Assembly: GCA_964016885.1 (NCBI GenBank)
Contig: OZ024741.1
Coordinates: 106,206,001-106,270,000, forward strand
DNA: 64,000 nt
Source: Eledone cirrhosa
Taxonomy: Eukaryota
Reading direction: 5' to 3'
Below, piece after piece: positions 59,346 to 64,000 of the stretch (positions within the stretch are counted from its first letter, which is position 1; each line of letters starts with the position of its first letter). The notes beneath the pieces were generated by a model. That model saw only the letters and a list, made by a program, of their open reading frames with translations. It was not told the DNA's origin and ran no database searches. Made by a program: the position numbers and the translations under genes.

Positions 59346-60004
59346 TAGAGTGTAGGCTGGATGCTAATGATCTACAACAATGTTTAGAAGTAGTATCAGA
59401 AATAGTGATTAGTGAATCATTTTATGCGCTGCTGAGTTTTGATTGGTCTAAATGGCTATGGTGGTGAGTGGGGGCAAGAGGGAGGGAAAAAAGAGATAGA
59501 ATATTTTCGATAGAAAGGAAATAGGATATCTTCGATTATGATCATAGGAAAATTACTGATAGGAAAGGGGACAAATTTGAGACCTAGTAATGTACTCTTG
59601 GGTCCCAAGTAAGTGTGTGTGTGTGTGGGGGGGGGAGGGGTAATTGTATAGTATACATTTGTAAATATGGGATTTCTTGTAATGTTCTTTTTTTGTCATA
59701 TACTGTATGATGTTTTTTTAATATAAAATAAAATTATAATTAGACTCTCCACCTGCTATATCAATATCAATCACTTACAATAAAATTTCGCCGAGATAGA
59801 TTAGCAAAATTTACTAAGTGTGTGTTGGGGGGGAATCTGAAAAATTAATCAATGGGGAGACGATTATTCAAGACCTGAGAGTATATGAATGGATCAGATA
59901 GAGAGGATGATAAATGATTTTTACATTGCTTGAAGAGCTTTCCAGAATAGGAGTGGTAGAATCAAATGAAATTGAGTAGAAATAGAGCTTTCACTTTAAT
60001 TACT

Positions 60005-60489
60005 ATCATCATCATCATCATCATCTTCGTTTAACGTCCATCTTCCACGCTAGCATGTGTTAGACGGTAGTTGTCCCACTTGAGGCAAGGTTGGTCAGGG
60101 ACTGTGTCTCACTCATATAGGACTATCTGGCAGGTTTTCTATGGCTGGATGCCCTTCCTAACACCAACCACATTTACAATATGGAACTGGGAACTTTTTA
60201 CCGTGTTACCTACATGGCCACATTACAGCATGGACTGTGTGTTTTTTTTTCTCGTGACACCTACATGATCTCGATCTCATTATCTCATTTAATTGGACTG
60301 GATGTTGTGGTACCAACTTTACAGAGAGAGGGTGGTGTTGGTGGGAGTGGGAGGATAGGCTAGAGGTAGTGGATTGGGGTGTATATTTGGTTAAGTGGTG
60401 CCTACTGACTGTAGGTTTCGCTTTGTACATAGGCAAGGCAAGGCGGGTCTTCTGTATTGGCGCTACGCAGTAATACAGAAGACCCGCCT
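60005..60489 (-). mobile_element. RTE 3' UTR fragment with a 5' fold-back
   Basis: Similar to 32210-32730; 18-bp palindromic arms at 60441-60489. Confidence 0.8.
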
Positions 60490-61249
60490 ATGTGTTTATA
60501 TATTCGTAAGTGGGGAGGGGGGCATAATACTAAATGAAACGTAGACAGAAAAGATATGGAAAATGGAAAAGGAAGACTTAGGAAAAAGAAGCTAGGTGCC
60601 GTGTGAGAGATTGGGGATAAGGAGATAGGATATTTTCAATATATATATACACACACATATATATATACTAATTTAAAGTATCATAACATATATAATATGT
60701 ATGATGATTATGTTTCTCAGCAGAAAAATCTCAATGGACATTTGTCCAGAGCATCAATAATTCAAATTAAAAAATATATGTATATATAGATAGAAAGGGC
60801 CATATTTCGTTAGAGAAACACATAGTATTTTGTACATATATATAAAGCTCATAATATTTAGGAAAAAGTACCTACTTTAAGGTGGAAAAGTTCAAATTTT
60901 CCTTACAGTACCATTCATAGTTTGTAAACCAAAGCAAAATCAATCTAAGCAATCGATTATTGATAACCAACTATCGATTTTGGTAAAGCTATGGAAGATG
61001 TGAAACTAATCACCAGAGGTACCGTCTTTGGATAAGTTCCAGTATATATACATGTATTTTTTAATCTGAATTATATATATATATATTAACTCATGCTAGC
61101 GTGGAAGAATGAACATAAAACGATGATGTGATGATGATGGTATATATATATATATATATAGTGAAAAATTGAACGGGAACAAAACAGAGAGGCAGTACGA
61201 ACAAAGATTTATTAGTTTCACGCTCTTGAGAGTGGGGTGGTGGTGGGGA

Positions 61250-61283
61250 ACGACGTTTCGGGCATAAGCCCTTCTTCAGGCGA
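61250..61283 (-). ncRNA. Minimal Penelope-type hammerhead, sense to DPH7 pre-mRNA
   Basis: C-CTGAAGA-A-GGGC(TTAT)GCCC-GAAACGTC-G, within a degenerate, possibly PLE-derived segment (about 61160-62340). Confidence 0.75.
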
Positions 61284-62367
61284 AAAGTGTGTGGGAAGAG
61301 AGTTCCAAGGGTGTGTAGGGGAGTGGTGGAGAGACATATAGAAAAAAGGAGGTGCGAGGAAACGGTACAAATGAAATTAAATATAAAAGCATAATAAAAA
61401 TAAGAATAAACATGAAGTAAAACAAGTGGTGGAATGGTGTGGCGAGTGTAGGGGTGGTGGCAGGTGGAGTGGGGAGAGGGAGGCGGGGTGTCCAAGCGGG
61501 GAGGGCTGAAGGTGGTTTGTGTGTGTAGGTGTACGTGTGTGTGTATGTGAAAATGAGAGTTGGGGGAAGAACGGGGTTGCATGTTCAGGAAAAGGTGGGG
61601 TGGGGTGTAGGTTGGTGTGTGTGTGCGTGTGTGGATGGGGAGGGGTCAGAGGGGTGGGGGGAGAGGATTCTGGAGGTTGAGTGTGTAAATATGTGGTGGT
61701 ACGCACGTGTGTGTGGTGTTTATACGTATTGTGGATGTAGGTGGCGTGTGGGAAAAAATTTTTTTTTGAGTGTATGTCCGTGGGTGAGTTCCTAAGGTAG
61801 TTCCGTAGAGGATGTGGTGGGATGCTGGGTAATTTCCTTGTAATGTAGTTGATTCTTGGGAGCGATGTCCAATGTGTGTAATCCGTGGCTGGGTTGGTCG
61901 GAAGAGGGGAGATGTGGGGTGCGCGCGCAACAGGAAGTGGTCAGAGGGTCAAGGCAGGAGGAGGGTTGTGTGTCTGTGTGTGCGGCGAGGTGGTCAGAGA
62001 TAAGGGCATAGCAGCAGTCGGGGAGAATGGTAAGTGAAGAAAGTCGGTGTGTCAGTGTGTGTGGAGGTGCGGTGGACAGGGGAGAGGATGGGTAGGTGTG
62101 AAAGTTGGAGTGGGGATGGGGGGTTAGTAGGGGTGTTAGTGGCATGTGTGTGTGTGTGAGAAGGGGGGGGGGGGGTGTAGTGTACTGGTGTGTATGTGCA
62201 TGTTTGGATGAGTGTGTGTGTGTGGTGAAGGGGGTGTTAGTGGGTGTTAGTATACTGGTGGTGTGGAAAGGGTTGAATGCGGGTGTTAGTGGGGGTCAGT
62301 GGTGGTAGGGTGTGTAGAGTGGGTGTGTGTGTTCGTGTGCATGATATAATTAGAAAATGAAGCCAAC

Positions 62368-62522
62368 CTGTGTATGCCAGATTTCCATCCCAGTAATCCA
62401 GAGCTGAAATCCAGGCCTCAAAATCATGTCCTTTCCATTGAACAAGGTTCTTTAATCCAGTGTTTGTTACTTGCCATAATGAGATGTTACCATCAGATGC
62501 AGAGGCTATAATGCATGGCTCA
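62368..62522 (-). CDS. DPH7: DPH7 internal exon (upstream exons lie beyond the window)
   Basis: (ttc)n cag|T GAG...G|gttggc; EPCIIASASDGNISLWQV...WKGHDFEAWISALDYWDGNLAYTG. Confidence 0.9.
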
Positions 62523-62551
62523 CTGGAAGAAGAAGAAGAAGAAGAAGAAGA

Positions 62552-64000
62552 ATGTTTTCTTTATTAACCACAAGGGTTTACATAAAGTAGACATTAAGGA
62601 CAGTACAGGACAATACAGGACGGTACAAATGGGCATTTCTGCGTGTAAAAAAAACAGAGGATGTAATAAAATAACAAAGAAAAATTCCCCAATAGGGGGG
62701 AGACTTCCGAGGGACATTTGTGGAGAAAGCCCATTAAAAGACCACAGTGACCCTGACCACCAGGGCAAGTGCCCTCTCCCAGTTTTCCACCTTTAATTTA
62801 CAGACACATACTCAGAGAAGGCCCATTCATTCGGGCCATACTTGCTTCTCTCACCCATCTTTCAACAAAATGCTGGGAAGAGAGCACTTCCCTCTCTACC
62901 CTGATTTTCCTTTTCAAATGAAATTTGAAAAAGTTAATCAGGGTATCACCGAAGAGGTAAGTGCTCGTCTTCAGCTCTTTCAAACGTGTCCACCATACTA
63001 TCTCTTTCGCCATAGCCACCAGACAGATAAAAACTGCCTGCCCTTCCCGGCTAAAAGAAGAGGGCGGGGCAATCCTCACGATGGACTCAGCTGATAGCTG
63101 GATCCGTCCTACACGTGACAGCAGGTGTTCGACATAAACCCACAAGTCAGCAATGCTCGGACACTGGACGAGTGCGTGCAGGACGGTTTCGTCGCCCTGC
63201 ACGCATCTCGGACATGCCCGGCTGACGGCACCTCCGTGCCTGTAGAGTTTATCCCGAACTGCCAAAGCTCCCCGGTAGCACTGCCAGGCCAGGGATTTCT
63301 GGAAGTTGTCCATAGGCCTCGGCCCGAAAGTCCTTCCGAAGAGATTGGCTAGTTGATTTTCGTCGATGCCTAGAGTTTCTCCAAGTACGTCGTCGCTCTT
63401 CCCCTCCACTAATCCCCTATAGAACGCCAAGGTTTCCACCGATCACATTGCCCGATTGGTCGAGGGCTGTGAGCGCCTGATGACATTCCAGTCTCCAAGC
63501 GCTCCCTCTCGGTCTTCGCTTGACCCAGGACTGCAGCTCCGTCAAGGAGACGAGCTGGGGAAAAACGCATCTAGCAAACGGCGACCACACCTGATCACCG
63601 TCGAGGAAGAGGTGGAGATGTCGTAGCCTGAGCGCGTGTCTGCGCATCATCAGCCACGGCATGCCCAGCCCTCCACGTAGCGGGTGTTGACAGCAGATGG
63701 ACCGCCTGACCATCGGAGCGCGTCCCTTCCACAAGAAGCGAAAGAGCAAACGCTCCAGCGCAGTCAGGCGGGGCTTAGGACAAGGTACGACGGTCAGGCG
63801 GTAGTAGATGACGGACGCGATGTACGCGTTAGCCACCTCCGCTCGACCTTTCAGGGATAGCTTCCTCTCGGCCCATTTCTGGGTGAGAGAAGCTACCCTG
63901 CTTGTCACCTCGTCCCAGTTTTTGTCCGTCTGGAGGTCTGGACCGAACCAGACCCCTAGCAATTTAACCGGTCCGTCCGTCCAGCGCCCGACGACGCTGT
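62552..64000 (-). mobile_element. Tx1 family E (RT thumb, C-terminus, 3' UTR) inserted at (TTC)n in a DPH7 intron
   Basis: ORFs 63417-63962 and 62798-63439 are homologous to family B ORF2; 3' end is TAATAAAGAAAACA+(TTC)n. Confidence 0.9.

Overview
Repeat-dense eukaryotic DNA, most likely octopus or another cephalopod (inferred from the SINE/RTE repertoire and the TA/GATA/CAT microsatellite load). The only host gene found is the 3' half of DPH7/WDR85: five minus-strand exons at 51516-62522, all GT-AG and phase-compatible. The left 41 kb looks like a tandem duplication of an ~8-kb backbone (junction near 19962), and each copy has since gained different retroelements inside its microsatellites. 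Elements present: (i) several Tx1/L1-clade families that insert at (C)TATCT/(GATA)n, one copy at (TTC)n, including a near-full-length copy; (ii) RTE LINEs with a PHD finger inside the RT region, plus partner SINEs; (iii) a Penelope-like element and about ten hammerhead-ribozyme motifs, including a 526-nt hammerhead-bounded unit; (iv) remnants of a DNA transposase, an R4-like endonuclease and an old APE LINE. Strongest hunt results: a 67-68-nt sense-strand spliceosomal intron, followed by two hairpins, conserved in the 5' UTRs of two divergent Tx1 families; GATA/TTC target specificity with serial insertions; and hammerhead variants with U3-A8 covariation, a U-U pair at the base of stem II, or very long stems.
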